A DNA stretch of 64,000 bases from a bacterium. GTDB taxonomy: Bacteria > UBA10199 > 2-02-FULL-50-16 > JAJFLM01. Every line of letters begins with the position of its first letter. The stretch's first letter is position 1. The DNA is taken from the NCBI GenBank assembly GCA_965216315.1, contig CBDCFN010000016.1:672001-736000 (forward strand). The letters run 5' to 3'. Shown here piece after piece: positions 1 through 13,100 of the stretch. The notes beneath the pieces were generated by a model. The model saw only the letters and a program-made list of their open reading frames with translations. It did not search any database and had not been told where the DNA came from. The translations under genes and the position numbers were made by a program.

Positions 1-2
1 TA

Positions 3-872
3 AATATTGGTGGGGTTGTGGAGCCACCGGTGGTTCGCTTCGGGCGCTTGTATTTGGAGCTGCAATCCTTGTGGGGCTTGCCGCAGGCCTGGGCACAGGA
101 AGAAAAGGCCAAGCAAAAAGATGATTTCGACGACGAGGAGGGCTGGCAGGTTGCACGTAACGGCATCCCGCAGGTGCGTTTCCCTTCGCAGATAACGTGT
201 TCGAGTGTCGGCCCTTATGTTCCTTTTGATGAAGAGATCTTTGACGACCCGAGTTTACCGGGCGTTGCCGGTATCGATTCGCTTGGCATCACGCCGACTT
301 TTTTGGCCCTGCGCTTTCCGATGAATTGTCGCATCGTTGATCTCGCTACCGGGACGGCGATTATCGCCAACGCATCACAACATAGCGAACTGTTTGACCG
401 CTGTGTTGAAAGAACCCAGGATAAATTTGATCCGAAAGGCAAAAAGTTGGAACTGGCAAACCTGATTGCCGATCATCTCTGGCATCAAGATGCGGGTCAG
501 ATGAAAGACAGCACGCGTGAAGAAATCATTGCAAAGCTTGCCAAGCTCCGCGGGCGTCCCAGTGTTATTGAAGAAGTTGTGTCGACGCTTCAAGGTGCCC
601 AAGACACTGAGGACGGAGCTGATTTGCTCGAACCGGTCGATGACGATTGGCACACGATGTGGGAGTTGGCCGCGTGTGGCAAGCTCGGGTGTTACAACGA
701 CCACCTTAGAGGAATGGCCCATATCAGCACGAAGTTGGCGGCTCAAGGTGCCACGGCGGGAGAGGATCAAGAGCCCTATCTTTCGGTCAGTCGAGGGCAA
801 GTCGCTTTCACGGTTCCTGCAGCGACGGGTGGCGGGGGCTGTTCTCTGCGCAGGCATCGAATTATTCAATGA
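3..872 (+). CDS. hypothetical protein, probably 5'-truncated by the window edge
   Basis: Frame is open from position 3 (ORF track starts it at GTG 18) to TGA 872. No recognisable family motif. Ends in TGGGGCSLRRHRIIQ. Confidence 0.65.
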   Translation, partial: NIGGVVEPPVVRFGRLYLELQSLWGLPQAWAQEEKAKQKDDFDDEEGWQVARNGIPQVRFPSQITCSSVGPYVPFDEEIFDDPSLPGVAGIDSLGITPTFLALRFPMNCRIVDLATGTAIIANASQHSELFDRCVERTQDKFDPKGKKLELANLIADHLWHQDAGQMKDSTREEIIAKLAKLRGRPSVIEEVVSTLQGAQDTEDGADLLEPVDDDWHTMWELAACGKLGCYNDHLRGMAHISTKLAAQGATAGEDQEPYLSVSRGQVAFTVPAATGGGGCSLRRHRIIQ

Positions 873-990
873 AATCATGATTGATTGAGCGATCTCGTTG
901 GCGGATAAAAAAATCTCAAAAACGCTTTTTTACGCTAGAAAACGCCCACTGTCGGCGTTACCATACCCTTAGAAAACAAGTAACGGGAAG

Positions 991-1087
991 CTGTTACTGA
1001 TAATGGCAAACCCGCCGTAAGGCGGGGACGCAAAGCTTCTGGTCCTTCCGTAGAGCAATGAAGGACAGCAGGGCCGCCAAAGAACAG
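991..1087 (+). ncRNA. c-di-GMP-I (GEMM) riboswitch aptamer
   Basis: TAATGGCAAACCCGCC-GTAA-GGCGGGGACGCAAAGC matches the GEMM-I core (GGCAAAC..GNRA..GGACGCAAAG). P3 is GTCCTTC/GAAGGAC followed by AGCAGGGCCGCC, and the closing pair is CTGTT(991-995)/AACAG(1083-1087). It lies about 80 nt upstream of the giant CDS. Confidence 0.9.
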
Positions 1088-1108
1088 AGTGTCTCTCCCC
1101 ACTCAATG

Positions 1109-1147
1109 GCCTGCTGTTTCTTTATTGAGGATCAGTAGGTTTTTTTT
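1109..1147 (+). terminator. intrinsic terminator (riboswitch expression platform)
   Basis: Hairpin GCCTGCTGTTTCTT-TATT-GAGGATCAGTAGGT followed by a T run (1140-1147), between the aptamer and the ATG at 1165. Confidence 0.8.
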
Positions 1148-1164
1148 GTTCGTGGGGGAGAAGC

Positions 1165-4100
1165 ATGGTGTCCGAGGAATCTGCTGAAGACGGTTGTTCG
1201 AGCCCTTCAGGAAAAAGCAAAAGCAAACACATCATCTGGCGTCGATTCCGGCGCAAAGTAGCCAAAAAAAGACAGCTTGCGAAGCGAATTGCTCTTCAAA
1301 GCATTAATATCGGGACGCGTTTTATTACGGTATTAATGATGACGGTCTTGCCCGTCTCGGCGCCGCGAACACTTCCGCAACGCATCGTTGAATCGAATAT
1401 TTATCAAGCGATTGATGAAGGGGAGCCGGTTACCTGGTCCGAGGTGCGCGAGGATTTTGAGAGCGCAACCGAGTTAGCGACCGAATCGTTAGGCTATCCC
1501 AAAGCCCATGCCGCAACTTTATATGGCCCGACCCCTTATTTTGAAACCTGTGATGGCCCCTTTGATCTGGCCGGTTTGAATACCGATGCCTATCTCGAGG
1601 ACTTTGAAGACGGCCTGCTCAATACACCAGGCTTGGCGGCTAACGTCGGAAATATCGTTTCGCCGGGATCCAGTGCGGATTCTGTTGATAATGATGATGG
1701 CACCATCGACGGGAGCGGAAACGGCGGATACTCTTGGTTTTACGGGACAGGTACTGCAGGGATTGAGTTTACCTTTGATCCGATTGCCATCGGATGGACG
1801 CCGACTTATGCCGGGGTTGTATGGACTGATGGGGTAGATAGTATCAATGTCGAGTTCTTTTCCGATACGGGTTGCACGACTTCAATTGGCCTGATCGGTC
1901 CGGAAAATCATGCCGATGGTTCGTTTAATGGAGCGACGGCTGAGGACCGCTTCTACGGGATCGAAGACTCGGGGGGGATCGGCTGCATCCATGTCTGGGG
2001 CGGCAGCGGTGGTATTGAGGTCGATCATGTCCTCTATGGCCAAAGCAGTGGCGGAGCCGCGACTTGTAGCGTTTGTGGAGATTCCACTTGTGACGCTGAT
2101 GAAGACGAATTCAACTGCGGTGATGACTGCGGGACCTGCGGCGATCTCTTTTGTGACCCGGATCTTCTAGAGGATGACATCAGTTGTTCGGTTGACTGTG
2201 CGGATTCCGGCGGCAACTGCGTCTCTACTTTAACGAATCCAGATGACGCGAACTTCGTCAGTTGGTGGGATGGCGATCTAACCGGATCCTCTATTGCGGT
2301 CGATCTGATCGGAGGCAATGACGGAACCTTGGTCAACGCCGCCACGACGGAGCCAGGCATTGTGGGCGATGCGTTTAGAACTTCGGACGAGTCGGCCATA
2401 CGTATCGGCGATGATCCCAGCCTCACGGTTGGGTCGGCTATGACCGTTCAAGCGTGGGTCAAGTTGGACCCTGGCGGATCCGGTGTCATCTTCAGTGACC
2501 ATTATGGGTGTGAACGGTACGAGTCCATTCATCTGAGCAGTTCTCAGTTCATCTTAAATTCGGCTAACAGCAGTAGTGCAACTTACAGGAAAACCCTGTC
2601 TTTTAGTCAGCCGCTCTCTGAGGATATTTGGCATCATGTGGTTGCCGTTTGGGACGGCACAACACCAGCGGCGGAGGAGATGCGCGTCTACATTGACGGG
2701 GAACTGGATGGCACGCTTTCCTTGCCCGGTTTCACGCCTTGGGATCCCGCCAATAACTATGCAATTGGTGGTTACAATACCGATGGGACATCCACTTGCA
2801 CGGGACATGCTTTTTTAAGTGAATTTGAAGGCCTCATTGATGAGGTAGCAGTATTTAATCGGGTTTTGAGCGGTCCGGTTACGGACTGTGTAGCAGATGA
2901 TCCCCCCGATCCTAATAACAGGACCGAGATCTGTAAGCTTTATTTCGCGGCGAGTACGGGGATATGCGCACCTGCTGATACTGATAACGATGGCGTTCCC
3001 GATACCGCTGATGCCTGTCCCAATACCCCTGCACTGGATCCAGTGAATGCAACCGGTTGTCCGGACGCCGCTTGTTTACCGATTACATTGGGCGGTGGCG
3101 GTGCTGACCTGACCCCAGCCTTTGTGGCTTGGTGGTCCGGTGACTCCGATGCAAGCGATTACGTTTCCGGTTACGATGGAACCTTCCAGGGGAATGCCTC
3201 ATCCGATCCGAGTGGCTTTGTCGATGGGGCCTTCGATTTCGATGCGACGAGTTTGGATTCGGTAGACATGCCATTGCTGCCGGTCACCGATCTCTTGAAA
3301 ACAAACTTTACCGTCAATTTCTGGGTCAATCCCGGCAGTACGGCGGATCGCCCGACCTGGGGTTTTACGGGGAGCGGCTCGAATAACAACCTAAACCCTT
3401 TTGCTAGCTATGATACCGGTGTCAGTTTCGGTGACGGGGCTGGGTCTCAGCTTATCTATCAAAGTAGCGAATATGACTTCGACGCCCCGGCCTCGACCTG
3501 GACTCATTACGCGATTGTCGACGATGGTACGAGTTATCGCATCTATCGTGATGGTGTGCTCCAATATAACGAAGCGATCACGACGGATCCTGGGGCGACG
3601 TCATCACGTAATTTCACGATCGGACAATCGGGCTTTATCAGCGGATTTGCGGATCACTTTACCGGTTTGATCGATGAGTTTCAGATCTTCAACCGGGCCT
3701 TAACGCCGAAAGAGTTGCGTGCCATCTACATGGCGGGGTCAGAAGGCGTGTGTAAAGCGGATGATGACTGGGATGGTATCCAGGACACGACAGACAACTG
3801 CCCCCTTGACTATAATCCTGGTCAAGAAGACGTCCTCGATTCAGACGGTGTCGGCGACGTCTGCGATAATTGTCCCAATGATCCCAACGGTCCGCTGCTG
3901 GGTCCCAATAATCAACTCGATACCGATGGGGATGGCCAGGGTGACGTCTGCGATTTAGATGACGATGGGGATGGTCTCTCGGATATCGACGAGGGGTCAG
4001 CGGGAACGGACCCGCTCAATCCCGATACGGATGGTGACGGCAGCATCGACGGCGACGAGGTCGCTAACGGCACGGATCCCCTCGATCCCGATACCGACAA

Positions 4101-7100
4101 CGACGGGAGCCCGGACGGGTCGGACAGCGATCCGTTTAACCCGAACGTCTGTAGCGATGACGACGAGGATGGCTGTGAAGACTGCTCGAGCGGTACTTAT
4201 GATCTGGCCAATGACGGGACCGATACCGACAGCGACACCATCTGCGATGTGAATGACAATTGCCCAACCGATGCCAATCCGGGGCAAGAAGATGAAGACA
4301 CGCCTTTTGATGCTACGAGCGGTCTGCCTAGCACGGCCTTTTCAGATGATCGCCATTATGTCAACTCACCAAGTTACGCGGCAGACAAGGCATTTGACGG
4401 CAACGTGACATCGTCCGGTTTTGCCAGCGGCACCCCACCGAATCTTAGCGCTCAGCCGGTCATAGTGGATGTCGATTTTGGCGTAAATAATGAACGGCGT
4501 GTGGAGGCCTATGATTTCCTTAAGAGTAACGCGCAGTCATCATTTGGCGGCACCTTCTATCGTCCGCGTACTTGGAATATCTATGGCTGCGATGACGCCG
4601 CCTGCGCAAGCTCGACTCTACTTCATTCCGTCGCGGATGATCCATTTGCATTGGACGTGTTTCACTCATATACGTTCTCTAATCCGAACTCATATCGCTA
4701 TTATCGGATTGAATTTTTCTATACGACGGACACGACGGGAGGCGGCTCATCGAGTCAGTGGGTTGCCCTGACCGAGGCGCGACTGAGAGCGACCGGCGAC
4801 GGCGTTGGTGATGTCTGTGACAACTGCCCGAACGACGCAAACGGCCCATTGCTCGGCCCTAATGACCAGCTCGACACCGATAGCGACGGCGTTGGTGATG
4901 TCTGCGACAACTGCGTAAACGACGCAAACGGCCCGTTACTCGGACCTAATGATCAACTCGATACCGACGGCGATGGGGAGGGTGATGTCTGCGACCTGGA
5001 CGACGATAATGACGGCCTCTCGGATGTCGACGAGGGGACGGCCGGCACGGATCCGCTCAATCCCGATACCGACGGCGACGGCAGAACGGACGGTGAAGAA
5101 GTCGCAAGCGGTACGAATCCACTTGACCCCGATACCGACGGTGACACCTTAAACGATAATGATGATAACTGCCCGCTCATTGCCAACCTTGCCCAGACAG
5201 ATAGCGATCCCGGGGCTACGGATGTCACGACGGGCCTGCCAAATGGCCTTCTGGTCAGTGCGCCGCTCGGTCATTATAACGCTACCACTGTAGTCGAGAA
5301 CCTTTTTGACACCGACAATCTGGGCACGGGCTGGGCCAACGACGCCTCGCCGCCTATATCGACAGGAGTCGCCCAGATCGATCTCGATTTTGGCTCCGGT
5401 AACGCACAAGTTATTGCAGGCTATGAGTTAGAAAAAAGCAACGTCATGAACGGCGGTTGGGGTTCAACGATTTATCGACCGAAGTCGTGGAGCCTCATTG
5501 CATCGAATAGTTCGGATTTTTCCAGTCCCGTTGTGCTTCATACGGTCACTGATCATCCCTTTCCTCAAACGACGAGCACAACACCGGCCGTCAACGCGTT
5601 TCATTTTACGAATAACGTGGCCTATCGTTATTATCGCCTTGAGATTACGGATGCCTACAATGCCAGTTGGGTTGCTCTAACCGGCGCGCGATTGCTAGGA
5701 CAAGGCGATTGTCCCATCCCACTTGCGGGAGCCTTCTGTGGTGATATCTGTGATCCCGATGATGACAACGACGGTGTTTCCGATGTCGATGAGGGCGTAT
5801 TAGGTAGCGACCCGTTCGACAATCTCAGTTGCGGCGACAGTGATGGGGATGCCTGCGATGACTGTTCTATTGGTGTTGATGGCGGCGGGCCGTTGCCCGA
5901 TAATGATCCGGCGAATGACGGACCCGATGCCGATAGCGACGGCTTCTGTGACAGCTTTGATCAGTGTGACGACGATCCCTACAAGGCGGCGCCCGGAACC
6001 TGCGGCTGTGGTTTTCCGGATGAGGATCAAGATAGTGACACTACCTTAGATTGTCTCGATAATTGTCCTCACAATCCCATTTCGACGGGAGACACGGATG
6101 GCGACTGCTCGACGGCACTGCCCGGCATCAATTGTGGGGACGCCTGCGACAACTGCCCGAGTCTTTCCAACCCCGACCAGCTTGATAGCGAGATGTTCTT
6201 AAGCGTCAATAACCTTGCGACGGGGGGGACGGTTACCGCGAGCAGTAATTACAGTGGGGCACTGCCTGCAGAGGCCTTTGACGGGATCGCGGGAGCAAAC
6301 GGTTGGGCCAATGCCGGGAATGATCTGCCGGCATGGATTCAATATAACTATACGCCCGGCAGCGGAAAAATCATTACCGCTTATAAAATTTACTCACCAA
6401 CCAATATGCCGAGTTTCGGCAGTGCTATCTACCATCCCAACTCCTGGATCGTTTATGGCTGCTTTGCTCCGTGTACCGACTTAGTCAAGCTCCATGAAGT
6501 GACGGACGTGACCGTTACGCAGGATCAATTCGACCTCTTTACGATACCGTTTAATATCACGCCGTATGACTCCTATCGTTTTGAGTTCAGCGCCGGGAGT
6601 TTTGGTTCATCTCAATGGAAGATAGCGGGAGAAATAGAGCTGCTCGGTCCCGAGGGAGGAGATGGTATCGGCGATGTCTGTGATGTGGATGATGATAACG
6701 ACACTGTCAATGACGTCGACGATAGTGATCCGCTTGACAACTTGGTATGCCGTGACCTCGATGCGGATACCTGCGACGATTGCTCGAGTGGTGTCGATGC
6801 GCCGGACAATGATGGCATCGACACCGACAACGATGGCCTTTGTGATTTAGGGGATGCGTGTCCGCTTGATCTCGACAATGACGTTGATGGCGATGGTGTT
6901 TGCGGGGAAGCCGACAATTGTCCGGAGGATGCCAATCCAGGACAAGAGGATACGGATGGCTGCACCCTGGGGACGGACCTGGCAGTCGGAGGCACGGCGC
7001 ATGCGATCTGTACCGATGCCACTACCGGAGTTGTCTATGACAACTGCACCTATTCCGGCACAACTTATGCGGCGGATAAGGCGTTTGACAAGAATACCTC

Positions 7101-10100
7101 GACCACTTGGGCGAATAACTTCAGACTCCCTTCAACCCTCGAGTATGACTTTGTTGCACCCACTACCGTCGACACCTTCCGCTTTTTCCGCAGTAGCAGT
7201 GGCTTCAACAGTATCAACTATGCCCCGAATCGCTACCAAATCGAGGCCTGTACCGACGGATTGGATGCGGATGGCAGCCCGAATCCAGCCAATACGGACT
7301 GCAGCGAGAATCAATACTGGAGGATACTGTGGTCCTTTGATGACGGCAGCACCACTCCCGTGCAAAATACCTGGTATGAACGTTATTTCTATAACACGAC
7401 GGCGTTTCAACGTTATCGCGTCAATGTCAGCCACACCTGGGGCACTCGAGCTTCCACTCCTATTGTCAACGGCTATTTGAATTTCCACGAGGTCGAGTAC
7501 TCACTGTCTTGCGACGGCGGTGATGCCTGCGACGATGACGACGACAACGATGGTGTCCTCGATGTTGACGATACCGATCCCTTAGATCCTTTTATTTGCG
7601 AAGACACCGAGAATGGCGTCGGGGATGGTTGCGATGACTGCGCGGTCGGCACCGATCAACTGGGTCCGCTCGCCGATAATGACCCATTGAATGACGGACC
7701 GGATGCCGATAGCGACGGGATTTGCGATGCCGGTGACAACTGCCCGGCTCAAGCCAACTCTGATCAGCTTGATACCGATGGAGACGGCCTCGGTGACGCC
7801 TGTGAGACCGACGCCGACAACGATGGGGTTGCGGATGGCAGTGACCCGGCACCGTTGGATCCAACCATCTGCGGTTTAGATGTCGACGGCGATACCTGTG
7901 ATGACTGCTCGATTGGCGTCGATGGGTTTGGACCTCTGCCGGATAACGATGCTTCTAATGACGGCACGGATACGGATGGCGATGGCCTCTGTGATGCGGG
8001 CGATCCAGATGACGATGATGATACCATTCCGGACGGCTCGGATAGTGACCCCTTGAATCCGAATATTTGTCAGGATCTGGATGGCGATAGCTGTGACGAT
8101 TGTGCGGTGACGGGCGGACCTCCGGATATCTCTAACGATGGAACGGATACGGATGGCGATGGTCTGTGTGACGCCGGCGATCCGGATGACGATGAGGACG
8201 GCGATCCGGATACGAGCGACTGTGCTCCTTTAGATCCCGCAATTTATACAGGTCAGACGGAGCTCGGCTGCAACGGCATCGACGAAAACTGTAATGGGAT
8301 GGCCGATGACACGACCGTCGATGCGGACGGCGATAGCGTGGCCTGTGCGACGGATTCCGATGACGGCAACGGCAACGTCTGTGGTCTCGATGTCGATGCC
8401 GATACGTGTGACGATTGTACGAGCGGGACCAATGATCCGGCCAATGACGGCCCTGACTTCGATGGAGACGGACTTTGTGATGCGGGTGATACAGATGATG
8501 ATCAGGATGGCGATCCCGATGTCAGTGACTGTGCGCCCCAGGATCCCTTAATCTTCACCGGCCAGGTTGAACTTGGTTGTAACGGCATCGACGAAAATTG
8601 TAACGGAATGGCCGATGACACGACCGTCGATGCGGACGGCGATAGCGTGGCCTGTGCGTCGGATTCTGACGACGGCAACGCCAACGTCTGTGGGCTGGAT
8701 GCTGATAGCGATACCTGCGACGATTGTACGAGCGGGACCAATGATCCGCTTAACGACGGGATAGATACGGATGGCGATGGGTTCTGCAATGCGGGCGATC
8801 TGGACGATGATGCCGACGGGGATCCGGATACCACCGACTGTGCGCCCTTGGATCCGTTAATCTACACCGGACAAGTCGAGATTGGTTGCAACGGCATCGA
8901 TGAAAACTGCAACGGCATGACTGACGATACCCTCGTCGATGCGGATGGTGACGGTGTGGCCTGTTCCGCGGACTCCGATGATGGCAACAGCAACGTCTGC
9001 GGATTCGATGCCGATGCCGATACCTGTGACGATTGCACAAGCGGGACCAATGATCCGGCCAATGACGGCCCTGACTTCGATGGAGACGGACTCTGTGATG
9101 CTGGCGATCCGGATGATGATGATGATACGGTGCTCGACGGCGATGACAACTTTCCACTCGATCCGTTCCAATGTCGTGATGTCGATCTTGACACCTGTGA
9201 TGACTGCTCGAGCGGTACGGATGATGTGGCCAATGATGGTCCCGATGCAGATAGTGATGGGACCTGTGATGCGGGTGATCTTTGCCCGGCCGATCCGCTC
9301 AAAATTGATCCGGGAACGTGCGGCTGCGGTGTTGTCGATGGATCGGATGGCGACGGTGATGGCGAGATTTGCGATACCGACTGTGACGACGCAGACCCCA
9401 ATAATTATAACGGCAATACCGAAATCTGTGATGGCGCCGATAACAACTGTGATAGTAGCGTCGACGAGCTCTGGCCGACACTAGGGAATGCGTGTGACGG
9501 TGTTGGTGAATGCGGTGCGGGCGTTATTGAGTGTGCGACGGATACGACAACGCAATGTTCCACGGATCCCGGCGGGTCGGCCGATGAGAGTCAACCTGAG
9601 ACCTGCGACGGACTGGACAATGATTGTAACGGTTTCACCGACGAGCACGGCCAACAGACCTGCTATGCCGACGTCGATACTGATACCTTCGGTGATCCTT
9701 TAGCCCCGGCAAACTTCTGTTCAGATACTCCTGATTTTACCCAATATAATATCGGTGGAGCCGTCGGCAGTATTGATCAATCGACTCCGGGTACCATGGA
9801 AGTGTGCGGGACCGGCACGATGGGATTCCCCGGTAATTTCTCGGAATCGCTTGTCTTGGCTGCAGTCCCGATGACGGGAAATTTTGATGTCTCCGTGCGC
9901 GCCGCGAACTTTACGGCTAATGGGGGGACAGGACCTTTCCCGCATCAAGCCCTGATGGTCTATGAAGATCCCCTGGTTACGCGGGCGCGGAGTATTTCAT
10001 TATTGAGGGCTTCATGGTCGAACGTGACGGTAGCTGTCGTCCGGCCGGTCACGAACGCAGCTAATTTTAGTTATGCTTTGAATTCGTCTCCGGATGCCAG

Positions 10101-13100
10101 TTTACCGCGTTACTGGAGAATACAACGGCTGGGAGATGACTTTAATCTCTTTACGTCGCTCGATGGATTGAGCTGGACGCTGGAACACACCGAAACGCTG
10201 GCCCTCAATTCTACGGTGTATGTCGGTGTTCATTCGGCGGGGGGCGACGGATCTGCCGATTGCGTGACGGTTGATACGATGCAAGGGTTCCCTCTGCAGG
10301 GTACGGAGTCCTGTCCAAGCGGCTTTGTCAGCGATAATACCGATTGCGATGACGGCGATGCGAATAATTTCCCGGGTAATCCGGAGATCTGTGACGGTGC
10401 CGACAATGACTGCGATACCGTAGCGGATAACGGCACCCTCGATACCGATAGCGACGGGACCTGCGATGATATCGATTCGGACCAGGATAACGACGGTATT
10501 GCTAATGTTTCCGATCCTGCGCCTCTTGATCCCGATATCTGTGGTGATAGTGACCTTGATACGTGTGACGACTGCGTAATCGGAACAGATGATTTTGGAC
10601 CGTCTTCCGATAGTACACCGGGTAATGATGGGACGGATACGGATGCCGATGGTCTGTGCGATGCCGGTGATAGCGACATTGACAACGACGGTATTGCCAA
10701 TGCTTCTGATCCGGCGCCGCTTGACCCGGATATCTGCGGCGACAGCGATCTTGATACTTGCGACGACTGTGCCGTTGGAACCGACGATTTTGGACCCGCC
10801 TCCGACAGTGATCCGGCGAACGACGGCCTCGATACCGATGGCGATGGTATTTGTGACTTAGGTGACGCCTGTCCTAGTGATGCAAATAAGACAGTTCCCG
10901 GCGTTTGTGGTTGTGGTGTTGCGGATATCGATACAGACAGCGACGGCACCTTAGATTGCAACGATAACTGTCCCGCCGATCCGGCCAAGACCGAACCGGG
11001 CCAGTGTGGTTGTGGTAATGCGGATACGGACAGCGATGGTGACGGCACGGCGGACTGCAATGATAACTGTCCCGCCGATCCGGGTAAAACCGATCCGGGA
11101 GTTTGCGGCTGTGGTGTTCCGGATGACGACACGGATGGCGATGGAACGCTCGATTGTAACGACAATTGCCCGGCAGATCCCGCCAAGACGGAACCCGGTC
11201 AATGTGGTTGCGGTAATGCGGATACCGATTCTGATTCGGATGGTACGGCTGATTGTAATGACTTGTGTCCCGCGGATCCTGCTAAGATTGATCCTGGTGT
11301 CTGTGGCTGCGGCATTCCCGATACCGATTCCGATGGCGATACTGTTTATGACTGCAATGATGTTTGTCCGGGTTTTGACGATAATCTAGATTCAGACAGT
11401 GATGGCATTGCCGATGGCTGTGATGCGTGCCCGAATGATCCCGATAATGATGTAGACAGTGATACCGTCTGTGGTGACCTCGACAATTGCCCCGACGATG
11501 CGAATTTAGGCCAAGAAGATTTTGATGGTGATACCCTAGGCGACGCCTGTGATCCCGATGATGACAACGATGGCATTGATGATCCATTTGATGGGGATCC
11601 ATTAGACGGCACGGTATGCACGGATAGCGACGGCGATACCTGTGATGACTGCAACAGCGGAACCTTCGATCCGAGCAATGACGGCATCGATACTGACGCC
11701 GATGGGCTGTGTGATTTATCAGATAATTGCAGCTCTGATGTGAACCCCATGCAGCTCAATGGCTATTGGGATTTTGAAGGCGATTTTATCGATAGTTCAG
11801 GAAGTGGACATGACGGCACTAACTTCGGCGCCACGCTCATCAACGATGGTAGCGGCCCGAGCGGTGAATTTGCGCGCTTTGATGGGAACGACTACGTCAC
11901 GATGGATAGTCTGATGAGCAATCTTCAGAATGGAGAACGTGTCGTTATCTCTTTGCAATTCAGAACAAATCAAACGTTCAAAGGTATTTTGGGTTTTTAT
12001 GAACCGATTGGTGCACCCGGTACTGGCAATGGCCTTATCATCGCACTAGCAACTGATGGAAGGCTCCGGCTCTTCACGGAGCCCAGTGGTGAAGTCATCT
12101 ATGGCAGCCTGAGTTATGCGGATAATGAGTGGCATCAGCTCCATGTTGTGATTGCCTCTGATGGCGCCGCCTCGGTCGAAGTTGACGGCGTCGATCTAGG
12201 AACGCAGTCGCTGACGCCATTGCAGTACAATAACTGGACGCGTGCCGTCGTCGGTCAGGACTGGGATGGTGCGACACCTTCCGACTTCTATGTTGGTGAT
12301 CTCGACGAAGTGCGCGTCAGTTCAGGCCAGCTGGATACGGACCTGGATGGTCAAGGTGATGCTTGCGATGGTTGTCCGGCCGATCCGGCGAAGACCGAGC
12401 CGGGAGTCTGCGGTTGTGGCGTCGCGGATACGGACAGCGATTCCGATGGTACGGCGGATTGTAACGACAACTGTCCCGCCGATCCGGCCAAGACCGAACC
12501 GGGTGTCTGCGGTTGTGGCGTCGCGGATACGGACAGCGATTCCGATGGTACGGCGGATTGCAATGACAACTGTCCGGCCGATCCGGCGAAGACCGAGCCG
12601 GGTGTCTGCGGTTGTGGAGTCGCGGATACGGACAGCGATTCCGATGGTACGGCGGATTGTAACGACAACTGTCCGGCCGATCCTGCCAAGACGGATCCGG
12701 GCGTCTGTGGTTGCGGTGTGAGTGATGTTGATAGTGACGGCGATGGCACGGCCGATTGTGATGATAATTGTCCGGCCGATCCGGCGAAGACCGAGCCGGG
12801 TGTCTGTGGCTGCGGAGTCGCGGACACCGATTCGGACTCCGACGGCACACCTGATTGTAACGACAACTGTCCCGCCGATCCGGCCAAGACCGAACCGGGT
12901 GTCTGCGGTTGTGGCGTCGCGGATACGGACAGCGATTCCGATGGTACGGCGGATTGCAATGACAACTGTCCGGCCGATCCGGCGAAGACCGAGCCGGGTG
13001 TCTGCGGTTGTGGAGTCGCGGATACGGACAGCGATTCCGATGGTACGGCGGATTGTAACGACAACTGTCCGGCCGATCCTGCCAAGACCGAGCCGGGAGT

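Noticed and set aside
991..1087. 3',3'-cGAMP (GEMM-Ib) riboswitch
   Set aside because: The discriminating position (1005) is G, not A, so c-di-GMP is favoured, though this is untested.
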